Origin: Clostridia bacterium
GTDB taxonomy: Bacteria > Bacillota > Clostridia > Saccharofermentanales > DTU023
Length of the DNA stretch: 64,000 nucleotides
Direction: 5' to 3'
Assembly: GCA_040766025.1 (NCBI GenBank)
Contig: JAXGRH010000003.1
Location: 95,074-159,073 of the forward strand
The translations under genes were made by a program, and so were the position numbers. The notes below the pieces were generated by a model, which saw only the letters and a program-made list of their open reading frames with translations, ran no database searches and was not told the origin of the DNA. Position 1 is the stretch's first letter. Every line of letters starts with the position of its first letter. Below are positions 21,410 to 31,046 of the stretch, in pieces.

Positions 21410-22783
21410 TTAGATCACCAGTCCCTGGTTTAGGTGGTTGCAGTTTGTGGCAAGAGCGTTCATCGCGGCCGCGTTGATCGGGTAGGCGATCGGGGAGGCC
21501 GAAACGAGCGGGTGTGTGGCCGTCTGGAAGGTGTTAAGTTCCGTGGCGGTCATGCCGGAGGTGATCGCAAGGCTCAAGATGTTGACGATTTCAGCGACTG
21601 TGTCGCCGCCGTAGATCTGGGCGCCTAAGATCACGCCGGAGCATTTGGAAAACAAGAGCTTGATGTGGACTTTTTGCGCGACAGGAAGGGAGCCCGGATG
21701 GCGGTCCATGGTGTCGTATTCTCCGACCATGTAGGTGAAGCCTTCGGCTTTGGCCTGTGATTCGGTTAATCCGGCGGAGGCGTAGGTGCTGCCGAATACT
21801 TTGGTGGAAAAGGTGCTGATAGTGCCTTTGTTGGCTCGGACGAGGCGGAGCTGGAAGGCGTTTGATCCGGCGATTTTGGCTTCCATGGCGGCGGTCGAGG
21901 CAAGCAGAATGGGTGCGTCTTTGCCGGTGAAGAAGCATTTTTTCTCGGCGCAGTCACCGACGGCGAAAATGTCGCGGTCGTTAGTACGCATGTATTGGTC
22001 GACGAGGATGGCGCCTTTGTCGTTTAGGGCGAGGCCCGCTTCTTTGGCAAGCGCGGCATTGGGTTTCATGCCGAGTCCCAGGATGACAAGGTCGGCCGGG
22101 ATGCTGCGCCCGTCGGCGAGTTCCACGGATTCGACGGCCCCCTCTCCCGCGATGCGCGAGACGCGTGCGCCTGTTTGGATGTCGACGCCGTGTTCTGTCA
22201 GTTGTTCTTCCAAGTGATCGGAGAATTCGCGGTCAAAGGCTTGCCATAGGCAGCAGTCCGCCAATTCGATGAGGGTAACGTTTTTGCCCAGTTTGCGGAT
22301 TTGTTCGGCGAATTCGACTCCGATAAAGCCGCCCCCGATGACGGAGACGTTTTCGGCCGCGTCAAGTTTTTTCAAGACATTTTGCAGGTATGTTTCTTCT
22401 TTGAAGACGGGGAAGACATTCTCAAGGTCGTAGCCGGGGATGAAGCGTGGGATGACGGGTTCAGACCCTGTGGCGACGATGAGTTTTTTGTAGGAGATTT
22501 CGCCGTTGGCCTTTGTTTTTACATATTTTTCGTTGCGTTCGATGGATGTCACCGTGTCAATTAAAAGTTCGACGCCGGCTCCCAACAGGCCCGCATCGGG
22601 GATGACATTTTTTGCGGTGTCGCGCAAGGTGCCGAAGATATAAGGAATGCCGCAGGGCACCATGACGCGTTCTGTGTCTCGGATGACGGTGACTTTGATG
22701 TCGCCGTACGCTTTTCGCGCCATCGTGGCGGCCAGGATACCTCCTGCGCTTCCGCCAATGACGAGTAGGTCTGTTTGTTTCAT
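21410..22783 (-). CDS. FAD-dependent pyridine nucleotide-disulfide oxidoreductase (NADH oxidase / CoA-disulfide reductase-like)
   Basis: GGSAGG, VPCGIPY single redox Cys, ATGS, GGGFIGVE, IFAVGDCAE; start MKQTDLL at 22783 after AAGGAG. Confidence 0.85.
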   Translation of the reverse strand: MKQTDLLVIGGSAGGILAATMARKAYGDIKVTVIRDTERVMVPCGIPYIFGTLRDTAKNVIPDAGLLGAGVELLIDTVTSIERNEKYVKTKANGEISYKKLIVATGSEPVIPRFIPGYDLENVFPVFKEETYLQNVLKKLDAAENVSVIGGGFIGVEFAEQIRKLGKNVTLIELADCCLWQAFDREFSDHLEEQLTEHGVDIQTGARVSRIAGEGAVESVELADGRSIPADLVILGLGMKPNAALAKEAGLALNDKGAILVDQYMRTNDRDIFAVGDCAEKKCFFTGKDAPILLASTAAMEAKIAGSNAFQLRLVRANKGTISTFSTKVFGSTYASAGLTESQAKAEGFTYMVGEYDTMDRHPGSLPVAQKVHIKLLFSKCSGVILGAQIYGGDTVAEIVNILSLAITSGMTATELNTFQTATHPLVSASPIAYPINAAAMNALATNCNHLNQGLVI

Positions 22784-22855
22784 AGTGAGCTCCTTTTCGT
22801 AGATGGCGCCTTCGTTGACGTCGTGTTGAATAAGTTTAGTATATAAGAATCTGCC

Positions 22856-23380
22856 ATGCGGATAAAGATGAATGGTGGTATCATTCCCTTTATGGACGTA
22901 GATCGTAAATGTCAGGAACACAGAAGTTACCGGGGGACTGCCATAGATGAAAATGCGCTTGTTCATGAGCGCTCTTGCGGGGCGATTGTTTTTCGCCCGA
23001 TCGATGGGGAGGACAGGGTTCTTCTCGTGCAGCACCGCCCCGGTCACTGGTCTTTCCCGAAAGGTCATATGGAACCCGGAGAGACGAAAAAAGAAACCGC
23101 GATCCGTGAAGTGTTAGAGGAGACGGGGATTCATGTGGCGATTTCTTCTGATTTTGCGCGCTCCTCCACCTATGCGCCGCGCCCGGGTATTTTTAAGACG
23201 GTGACGTTTTTTCTCGGGGATTATTTGGACGGTACGCCCATCCCTCAACTTTCTGAGGTGAAAAAGGCGGAGTGGATTTCGCTTGAGGCGGCAAAGGAGC
23301 TTCTTATCTTTGATCGCGATCTTGCAATCTTTCGCGAGGCGATTGAATGCGCCGGTCTTAAAAGACAAAAACCGGCATAG
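22856..23380 (+). CDS. NUDIX hydrolase (Ap4A hydrolase-like); true start may be downstream
   Basis: ERSCGAIVF, HWSFPKGHMEPGETKKETAIREVLEETG Nudix box. Confidence 0.88.
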   Translation: MRIKMNGGIIPFMDVDRKCQEHRSYRGTAIDENALVHERSCGAIVFRPIDGEDRVLLVQHRPGHWSFPKGHMEPGETKKETAIREVLEETGIHVAISSDFARSSTYAPRPGIFKTVTFFLGDYLDGTPIPQLSEVKKAEWISLEAAKELLIFDRDLAIFREAIECAGLKRQKPA

Positions 23381-23388
23381 GGGGGATC

Positions 23389-24219
23389 ATGTCACAACCG
23401 GAACAAAAGGATGATACCTTTACATTAAAAGAGCATTACAGTTTTGGTGAACTGTTGACGATTATGGCGTTTTTGCGTTCGGATGAAGGCTGTCCCTGGG
23501 ATCGCGCGCAGACGCATGAGAGTATTGCCGGCAATATGTTAGAAGAAGCGTATGAGGCGGTGGTGGCGATCGGGATGAACGATCCTGCGGCTTTGCAAGA
23601 GGAGCTCGGAGATGTCCTGATGCAGGTGATTTTCCACTCGGATATGGCAGAGGCGTTTACGATTCGGGATGTGATCTCGGGAATTTGCCGAAAGCTTATT
23701 TCAAGGCATACGCATCTTTTTGGGGACGACCAAGCGGATACGCCTGAGAAGGTGCTTCGTACCTGGGAGAAGAATAAGCAGATTGAAAAGGGTTTTTCGT
23801 CGGTCAGTGATTCGATGCGGGATGTGCCAAGAGGGATGCCGGCGTTGACGCGCGCTTTTAAGATTCAAAAGAAGGCGGCGAATGTAGGCTTTGATTGGAC
23901 GTCGGTGGATGGCGCGATGCGCAAGATTGAAGAGGAACTGGCGGAGCTGTTTGTGGAGGTTGAAAAGGGTGACAAGAAGCGCACTGCGGAGGAAGCGGGC
24001 GATCTCTTGTTTACGATTGTGAATATTTTGAGACTCTTGGATCTTGATCCGGAGACGGCTTTGACGGGTTGTACGGAGCGTTTTATTGGGCGTTTTTCTA
24101 CGATGGAAGAGGAAGCTGAAAAAGGCGATGTGAAGCTCTCTGATTTGGATTTGGATGAATTGGAAGCGCTCTGGGAGATGGCAAAAAAACGTGAGAGCCA
24201 ACAGCTAAAGGACGTTTAG
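23389..24219 (+). CDS. mazG: Nucleoside triphosphate pyrophosphohydrolase MazG (tandem domain)
   Basis: GCPWDRAQTH, EEAYE, EELGDVLMQVIFH, KAANVGFDW, EEAGDLLF. Confidence 0.93.
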   Translation: MSQPEQKDDTFTLKEHYSFGELLTIMAFLRSDEGCPWDRAQTHESIAGNMLEEAYEAVVAIGMNDPAALQEELGDVLMQVIFHSDMAEAFTIRDVISGICRKLISRHTHLFGDDQADTPEKVLRTWEKNKQIEKGFSSVSDSMRDVPRGMPALTRAFKIQKKAANVGFDWTSVDGAMRKIEEELAELFVEVEKGDKKRTAEEAGDLLFTIVNILRLLDLDPETALTGCTERFIGRFSTMEEEAEKGDVKLSDLDLDELEALWEMAKKRESQQLKDV

Positions 24220-24220
24220 G

Positions 24221-24475
24221 ATGAGGCTTGATAAGTTTTTAAAAGTATCGCGTATTGTGAAGCGCCGGACGGTGGCCAACGAGATGGCGTCGGCCGGTCG
24301 TATCGAGGTGAATGGGAAACGGGGGAAGCCCGCTACGGAGTTAAAGGTGGGCGATGTGCTTGATATCGGCTACGGCCAGCGCCGGATCCGCGTGCGCGTT
24401 TTGGTGCTAAAAGACCATGTGCGTAAGGAAGAGGCGGAGTCGCTTTACGAGATTTTAGAGACCCCTGTCACCTGA
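24221..24475 (+). CDS. S4-domain RNA-binding protein (YabO/RqcP, Hsp15-like)
   Basis: MRLDKFLKVSRIVKRRTVANE...VNGK...KVGD. Confidence 0.9.
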   Translation: MRLDKFLKVSRIVKRRTVANEMASAGRIEVNGKRGKPATELKVGDVLDIGYGQRRIRVRVLVLKDHVRKEEAESLYEILETPVT

Positions 24476-24573
24476 TTGTCATATGCCAAAAGGCGCTTTT
24501 AGTTGCAAAACCGAACAAACTCCAGTACGATGTGTTCACTATCAACAGGATGTCAGGTCGACAGGTGAACACA

Positions 24574-24894
24574 ATGCGTCAGAGTTATGCCGAAAATCGT
24601 AGAGTTGAACGCAGGCACTCGTTCCTGACATTTTTCACGCGTTTTTTTGCAGGTGTTATCACCGTTATCATTGTCAGCTTATGTGTTTCCGCGTTTTTTT
24701 CTCAGCAAAATGAATTTGAACGTTTGGCGCGTGAGAAGCGGAAGCTGGAGCGTGAGCGCAATCTTCTGTATGAGGAGTACGATTCGCTCAAGGGTCTTGA
24801 CGACATTGCGGAGTCGATGGACTATGTGGAGCGTGTCGCGCGCGATTATTTGGGGATGGCGTTGCCGGGTGACCGGGTGATCATCGTAGACTAG
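24574..24894 (+). CDS. Septum formation initiator (DivIC/FtsB family)
   Basis: Single TM helix, coiled coil, YVERVARDYLGMALPGD; position after mazG-yabO as in firmicutes. Confidence 0.8.
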   Translation: MRQSYAENRRVERRHSFLTFFTRFFAGVITVIIVSLCVSAFFSQQNEFERLAREKRKLERERNLLYEEYDSLKGLDDIAESMDYVERVARDYLGMALPGDRVIIVD

Positions 24895-24905
24895 GGGTAT
24901 TTTTC

Positions 24906-25735
24906 GTGTTTTATTTGGGTTGTCATTTATCTTCGAGTGAAGGTTATCTTAATATGGGCGAAACCGCCCGTTCGATTGAGGCTAATACTTTTCAATTTTT
25001 TACAAGAAATCCGCGCGGCGGTACGGCAAAACCTCTCGATTTGGAGGATATTGCAGCGTACAACGCCTATGCCAAAGAACACGCGATTGGTACCATTGTG
25101 GCGCACGCGCCTTATACGATGAATCTTTGTTCCGATAAATCGCATATTCGTGAGTTTGCTCGTTCCATGATGCGCGATGATTTGGAGCGCCTGCAACATG
25201 TCGATAATGTGGTGTACAACTTTCATCCGGGTAGTCATGTGGGGCAGGGAGTCGATCTGGGGATCCAGATGATTATTGAGGCGATTAATGAGGTGTTAAC
25301 AGAGGAGATTACTACGCCTATTTTGTTGGAGACGATGGCGGGTAAGGGAAGTGAGATCGGGCGTTCTTTTGAGGAGTTGCAACGGATTATTGATGGCGTC
25401 CATTTTCAGGATAAAATCGGTGTTTGCATGGACAGCTGCCATGTCTACGATGCGGGTTACGATGTGGTGACTAAATTAAACGAGGTGATTGATTCTTTCG
25501 ATGACATTGTGGGCATCGATCGCCTACAAGCGTTTCACTTAAATGACAGTAAAAATGATTTTGGAAGCGGCAAGGATCGCCACGCGAAGATTGGGGAGGG
25601 TTCTTTGGGGCTTCGGATAATTTGTCAATATTATTAATCATCCGAAGCTAAAGGTCTGCCCTTTAATCTTGAGACGCCGAATGAATTGGACCTTCTGAAC
25701 TGGAGATTAAGCTCTTAAGAGATAAAGGCTGTAAT
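24906..25735 (+). CDS. nfo: Endonuclease IV; 3' end frameshifted, end approximate
   Basis: QFFTRNPRG, HAPYTMN, FHPGSH, LETMAGKGSEIG, DSCH, HLNDSK, KDRH; downstream frames give NHPKL...LETPNELD...EIKLLR. Confidence 0.9.
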
Positions 25736-26711
25736 TTACTCGAAGTGTACGAGTTGTTTTAGTTCGTCGATTTCTTCCGCTAACTCCATTCCACTGCTTC
25801 CTTTGGGATGAAGTAGTCATAAATTTCTTGTGTGGCCCCTAGTTCAACGGCAAGCGCGGCTCCCCGACGCCCCCGTCTTAAATGAGGGATTCCTTTTCTT
25901 CCAAGTAGCTTTCGACATGAGCGCTCCACACCATGGGGGATGAGATGAAGAAGACAGGTTCTTGTTCGGGCTCCTCCTCTTTCTTTTTCTGGGCTAGATC
26001 TAGGAACGGGGGTGAACCTCCTTTCGGACAGTCGTTCCTTTTTGTATATCCATTATCGCATGTCATGCGTATCGATCTATCGGTGGGTGGCTAGAACTGA
26101 GATGCGCTGTAGGTGAACGATGATTCGGCATGAGCATTTTCACTTCTGGCACGTCTGAATCCTGCAACATCCGAGGTACTGTTCATGCAGTTGTTTAAAT
26201 TGTACCAGTCGGTTACGATTCAAGGTGACTGCCTTCTTTTAGAAAATGCATGATGTCGCGTCCCATTTCGTCTGCCTCGTACGGTGTGCATATCGAGGGC
26301 ATAGGAGGGAACCTCGGGTTTTTCACCCGCTCAAATTGGAGGACGACCATGTTTCTTGCGCAGTTACTCGAACGATCTTTCGTGCAGCGGCACGGAGTAT
26401 CGGATCGCGTGTACGAAAAATAGCGGTCGATCGTAATCGTTGTAGGGAAATTCCTTGCGTAGTTGATTCAATGAATGGATGGTGTAGGTGCCGTCAAATC
26501 ACCGAAACAACATCTTCTAGGAATGTGTAGTCTTCACCATAGTTTTCGCTTGGTGCGGACTGGTGATGTACATTTCGTAGGCAGCCCATAATGGCATCCA
26601 TTTCCAAGCCGGCGTATGGATTTTTGCAACATTGAAACAATTTCATCACCGATTCAGCCCATTTCTTGTTTTGATATTGGCCCACGGATCGTAAGACATA
26701 AATTCGCTCAT
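25736..26711 (-). pseudogene. Heavily frameshifted gene of unknown function (~320 codons if intact)
   Basis: AAAAAGGAG SD and ATG at 26711; protein-like segments across frames (GEDYTFLEDVV, HSLNQLRKEFPYNDYDRPLFFVH, FFISSPMVWSAHVESYLEEK); terminal ELAEEIDELKQLVHFE* at 25736. Confidence 0.5.
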
Positions 26712-27197
26712 TGAAGTCTCCTTTTTATTTATTCCACAATTAATGCTCAGATAAAGCGGATAACAAATTATAGATCCGTTTTACCGATTTTTATTTCACT
26801 GTTGCCAGAATCAGCGTCTTCAAAGGCGCAAAATCAACATTGTAGGCTGAAACCCAGCGATGATATGCGATGATCCAGTTGAATTCGCTCATTCGTCCAG
26901 TCATTGTTTCAGCCGTATTGGAGTTTCCTGCTATTAAATGGAACAGATTTTTCTTAACGAACAGGTATATCGCGCTTAATGGGTGCAATCCTTGTGGAGC
27001 ACCATTAGATGTGGATGATGGAGAAGCGATGCCTTAACATAGGTGGCTAGCAAGATTAGAATGGCGAAAGAGCAGACCGACTTCGCAATTAGTACGTCAA
27101 GGGGTGTAAGTTCGCTCGGCCAAGGCCGGAGAAGCAGAAGGGCAAAGACCCATCTGAAAAAGAAGTTGACAACATTCTGGACTAGACTGCTGACGGC

Positions 27198-27218
27198 ATC
27201 ACATCAGTTTGATGTGAT
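27198..27218. promoter_or_regulatory. Perfect palindrome, possible operator upstream of the MazG-like/DUF2075 operon
   Basis: ATCACATCA-gtt-TGATGTGAT, just upstream of a TGGTAAGAT extended -10 candidate (~27239-27247). Confidence 0.35.
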
Positions 27219-27317
27219 TAATGTAGTGGTATTACAGGTGGTAAGATATAACAGTGTCAGAATAAGATGAGTAGCCGCTAATTGGACTGATTTAGCTTGA
27301 GATTAATGGAGGCTGTC

Positions 27318-27639
27318 ATGAAAAGTGGTATCAATGAGCGTATACGCGACTTTGTTAGAGCAAGAGACTGAGTCAATTTCGATGCGAAAAATCTAGCCAA
27401 GTCCATTATGATTCTAAAAGGCGGCCGAATTGCTCGAAAATTTCCAATGGAATAATGAATTTGATGTGTGGAAATGGCAGACGAATTGGCAGATGTTCTG
27501 ATCTATTGCTACCAGTTGGTGGATGTTCTCAAGCTCGATATCGAAACCATTTTGAATAACAAACTTGATAAAAATGCGATTAAATATCATATCGATAAAA
27601 GCCAAAAGTAGCAGAAAATATACGGAGTTTGAATCATGA
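27318..27639 (+). pseudogene. MazG-like single-domain nucleotide pyrophosphohydrolase; frameshifted (sequencing error or decay)
   Basis: GGAGG SD; MKSGINERIRDFVRARD[W]SQF..., ELLENFQW, ELADVLIYCYQL, LNNKLDKNAIKY, SSRKYTEFES*; stop overlaps the next ATG (ATGA). Confidence 0.78.
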
Positions 27640-29563
27640 TTGTTTATAGCGGGACTAAAGAAACTTACTCGCGTTGCTCACAGGGCAACTGATTCCCCAA
27701 AATCGCTCAGAAGAAAATTGCAGGCGCAGCTCGATCGCCTCGAAAAGTGAATATCTTCTTGGCGAATTCTCTCAACTTTGTAGATTACTTTGAATTATTA
27801 GTGATTCCGAAAATTCCGATGGATGCAGGTATTGCGCCGAATATGTCATACCGAGTACGTCTAAACGGATTGATTTTTGATGCGGATATAACGAGCATGA
27901 TCAGCAAAAGCACGTTGTGATCATAGAGCTTAAACAGTGGTCTGGTGTATCGTGCGAGATGAATATCGTTGAGAACACCTATGAAGTGATCTAGTAAACG
28001 CAACATCTTCTTATCAAGCATGGTCTTCGCGCCTCTTTCGCGCAAGTTAACACATCGATTGAAGAGGAGCGCATCAACTTGCTCCGTATTGCTATTTACA
28101 TAACTACTACCGACCTGATGTCGATTCAATCCTAGATGATCATTATGCCGATATTCTTTCGAAGGCGCCGCTTTTTGATGCAGGAGGTACTCTTCAATTA
28201 CGTGAATTTGTTAAAACCTTCGTAAAACGTGGCGATCAACGCAAAGTGCTTTTATAAGAGTTGGATGCGGGCAAAATTCGACCATCGAAGTCTTTGCAAG
28301 ACAAAATATCGAACATGCTAGATGGGAATGACGAGTTCATTTTGATTGACGAACAAAAACTTGTCTATGAAAGTATTTCTCTGGCGGAAAGGGCGAAACA
28401 CCGAAGTCAAAAATTTGTATTTATCGTGGAAGGGGCTATGCAGGCAAGAGTGTGGTTGCCGCCATTTGCTGATGGAGTTGACAAGACGTGGAATGCTCTG
28501 TCATTTCATATCCTAAAAATTCAGCTCCACGCGGTGTCTATAAAGAAATTGAAGAGATGCAAAAGCAGATTCAGTCGATAATCTATTCCGAGGCTCAGGG
28601 CAGTACCATGGTGGAGTGAAGGAAGCGTATTGGACGTTGCGATCGGCTGACGAGGCCCATCGACTCAATGAAAAATCTGGATTCATGTCAAATTTGGGTG
28701 AAAATCAAATTAAAGAAATTATTGAAGCAAGCGCTTTGTCAATTTTCTTTATAGATGAAGATCAGCGAAGATTTCAATGACGGCATTGGCCGAATCGATG
28801 CGATACGCCATTTTGCGAAAAAATCAGAGACGAGGTACACCAGGCTGAACTGGTCTCTGAGTTCAGATGCAATGGATCCGAAGGTTATATTGCCTGGCTC
28901 GATGATGTTTTGCAGGTAAAAACCGCGAGCCCTTTCTTACGAGTTTCGACTACGACTTTGATGTTGTCGACGATCCGCATGAGTTGCTGTCGTGGGTACA
29001 GCAAAATAACACAAATGATAAAGCAAGGATTGTGGCGGGTTATTGTTGGGAGTGGCCGAAAAAGGAACGTCAGAATCCAGACCATTTTGACATCGTAATA
29101 GATGAGTACAACTTTGCAATGAGCTGGAATTTTGAGAATGGTATTTGGGCGATTGATTCTGGATCAGTCGATCAGGTGAAGTGTATTCATACGTCACAAG
29201 GACTCGAATTTGAATATATCGGTGTTATCATCGGTCCTGACGCAGGGAATGCGAGAACGGAAAAATCGTAACAGATCTTTATGAACGAGCCAAAAACTGA
29301 TTATTCGCTAAGAGGCATAAAAAAGCTTGTCAAGATAATCCGGACGAAGGCAAATCTATGCAGATCGACTGATTAAGAACACAACCGCATGCTCTTATGA
29401 CGCGTGGTATGAAGGGATGCCGTGTGTTTGTACGGATAAAAATCTTGCGCACTATCTTAGAACAAGAAGAACAAGATCGTCTGAGGTGGACAACTATAGG
29501 ATAGATAACTTCGATTTACCTATGGTTGCTGAACAGGAGAGAGAATATAAAGTTATTGAATAA
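27636..29563 (+). pseudogene. DUF2075 (Schlafen group 3-like) SF1 helicase with N-terminal PD-(D/E)XK-like domain; many frameshifts
   Basis: MIVYSGTKE start, VVIIELKQWS, LIDEQK, IVEG..GKSVVA (Walker A), DEAHRL (Walker B), EFRCNGSEGYIAWLDDVL, ARIVAGYCWEW, CIHTSQGLEFEYIGVIIGPD, MTRGMKGC, MVAEQEREYKVIE* at 29563. Confidence 0.82.
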
Positions 29564-29832
29564 TTCGCTGATTCTTACCTAGGTTATCATCGCGTAAGTT
29601 CAGTAAAGCTGTTTAATTTGCGCATGTACTCTCTTTGTACTGCCGATCGATTTGGTTTGACTTGAGGTCAAGTTCTTAATGATTTATGAACAAATCGGAT
29701 GAGGTGGACAGGAGTAGCACGCAATTTATTCTCTTCATGAGAAGGGGTACTGCGGACAATACGCCCCATTTGGAAGCTTGGGACAATCGCCACCTGTATT
29801 TCAGCTACAATCTACGTAATCACCATAAAAGG

Positions 29833-29862
29833 GTGACATTGGCAGAACATATCTGTTAGAAT
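29833..29862 (+). promoter_or_regulatory. Putative sigma-A promoter of the second BMP-ABC operon
   Basis: GTGACA, 18 nt spacer, TAGAAT with TG extension. Confidence 0.4.
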
Positions 29863-29922
29863 ACAAACTGTTAATGAGTCGTCTACCATCAGGTAAGATG
29901 ACGAATTTTGTAGGAGGAAAAC

Positions 29923-30906
29923 ATGAAACAAACATGGATTAAGCTATTGGCAATGTCACTGGTTTTGGTGCTTGCCATTGGTGTGATCGCTGCTTGCGAT
30001 AGCGGCGCAAAGAAAGAAGACCCCAAGAAAAAGGTCGCTCTTATCATGGAAGGCGCAGTGTCTGACATGAGCTGGAACGCAACTGCTTACGAAGGTCTGA
30101 AAAAGATTGAAGCGACCGGCGCACAGATCGGCCACACAGAGAATACTCCTGTGTCCGACGCAGCGGAAGCCATTCGCACCTATGCTGACGACGGCTACGG
30201 TGTCATTTTTATGTCATCGAGCAGCTACCAGGATTTGGCACTTGAACTGGCCACAGAAAAATACCCTGACATCCAGTTCTTCCTGATCAACTCACAAGTC
30301 ACAGCCGAGAATGTCCGTTCATTCGCGATCCAAGATGCTGAGCAAGGCTACCTGATGGGCGCGCTTGCGGCTCTCTTGACCAAGACAGGCACCGTCGGCT
30401 ACATCGGCGGACTTGAAATTGCCCCGATCCTTAACGGAGCCAAAGGCTTCGAGCAAGGCGCAAAATACGTCAACCCTGACATCAAGATCGTTTCCCAGAA
30501 CACGGGCAGCATGGACGATGTCGGCGCGGCCAAAGAGCTTGGTAAAGCCTTTGTCGCACAGGGCGTAGACGTGCTCTGCCCCATGGCCAACCAGGCGTCA
30601 CTCGGCGTCATGGAAGCCGCTGAAGAAACAGGCGTGATGGCCATCGGCTCCGGTCTGAACCAAGAGACCGTTGCACCGAACGCGGCCGTCGTCGCGATCG
30701 TCAAAGACACCTCCATCGCTTATGAAGCGGCCTACAAGTCCTTCCTCGAGGGCGACATGCCCATGGAAGTGCTCCCGATGGGCGCAGCTCAGGGTGTCGT
30801 CTTTGTCGGCGACTACTACCAAGAAGTTTCGCAGGATATCAAAGACCAGATCGATGCCATTCAGAAGAAGCTTGCTTCCGGCGAAATCAAGGTTGATCTC
30901 GGCTAA
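29923..30906 (+). CDS. BMP-family nucleoside-binding lipoprotein
   Basis: Lipobox IAAC, DMSWNATAYEGL, GYLMGALAALLTKTGTVGYIGG, GFEQGAKYVNPDI; AGGAGG SD. Confidence 0.9.
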   Translation: MKQTWIKLLAMSLVLVLAIGVIAACDSGAKKEDPKKKVALIMEGAVSDMSWNATAYEGLKKIEATGAQIGHTENTPVSDAAEAIRTYADDGYGVIFMSSSSYQDLALELATEKYPDIQFFLINSQVTAENVRSFAIQDAEQGYLMGALAALLTKTGTVGYIGGLEIAPILNGAKGFEQGAKYVNPDIKIVSQNTGSMDDVGAAKELGKAFVAQGVDVLCPMANQASLGVMEAAEETGVMAIGSGLNQETVAPNAAVVAIVKDTSIAYEAAYKSFLEGDMPMEVLPMGAAQGVVFVGDYYQEVSQDIKDQIDAIQKKLASGEIKVDLG

Positions 30907-30940
30907 ACACGATCACTTAATGTGATTGATTGAATGTGAT

Positions 30941-30977
30941 CCGGGCGCAGGGTAAAATGGCTTTGCGCCCGGGTTTC
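30941..30977 (+). terminator. Intra-operon hairpin after the BMP gene
   Basis: CCGGGCGCAGGG/CTTTGCGCCCGG stem followed by GTTTC. Confidence 0.55.
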
Positions 30978-31046
30978 ATCTAAGGAAAATTTCTGTCGAA
31001 AATCACAGAAACAGGATTGCTCATCTGACATGACGAAGGAGTCAGT

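Larger units (their letters stand above)
25736..29600. other. AT-richer accessory island; no integrase or att sites seen
   Basis: Visibly more A/T-rich than flanks (estimated by eye), holds non-housekeeping genes, sits between nfo and the second BMP operon. Confidence 0.55.

Noticed and set aside
22784-23068. Long N-terminal extension of the FAD oxidoreductase in the ORF track (likewise aspS 43485-43592)
   Set aside because: The oxidoreductase extension overlaps the opposite-strand Nudix gene, and in both genes family homology starts at the downstream Met.
26701-26893. 12-bp direct repeat AATTCGCTCATT at ~26701 and ~26882
   Set aside because: Only two short copies, not at the island edges; not a CRISPR or att site.
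26791-27270. Small ORFs 26791-26988 (-) and 27043-27270 (+) in the island spacer
   Set aside because: No convincing SD or motif, and the local error rate is too high to judge; a degraded gene or ncRNA cannot be excluded.
27360-27380. In-frame TGA at the conserved Trp of the MazG-like gene (possible recoding or genetic code 4)
   Set aside because: GACTGAGTCAA is explained by loss of one G from GAC TGG AGT CAA, and TGA is a normal stop elsewhere in the window.
29670-29700. GTTC...GAAC dyad near the skew switch as a possible dif site
   Set aside because: Poor match to the firmicute dif consensus; no TTATGTAAACT-like arm.
29870-29910. CTACC...GTAA...GAC hairpin before the BMP gene resembling a purine riboswitch P3
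   Set aside because: No P1/P2 or L2 consensus, and the leader after the predicted promoter is only ~55 nt.
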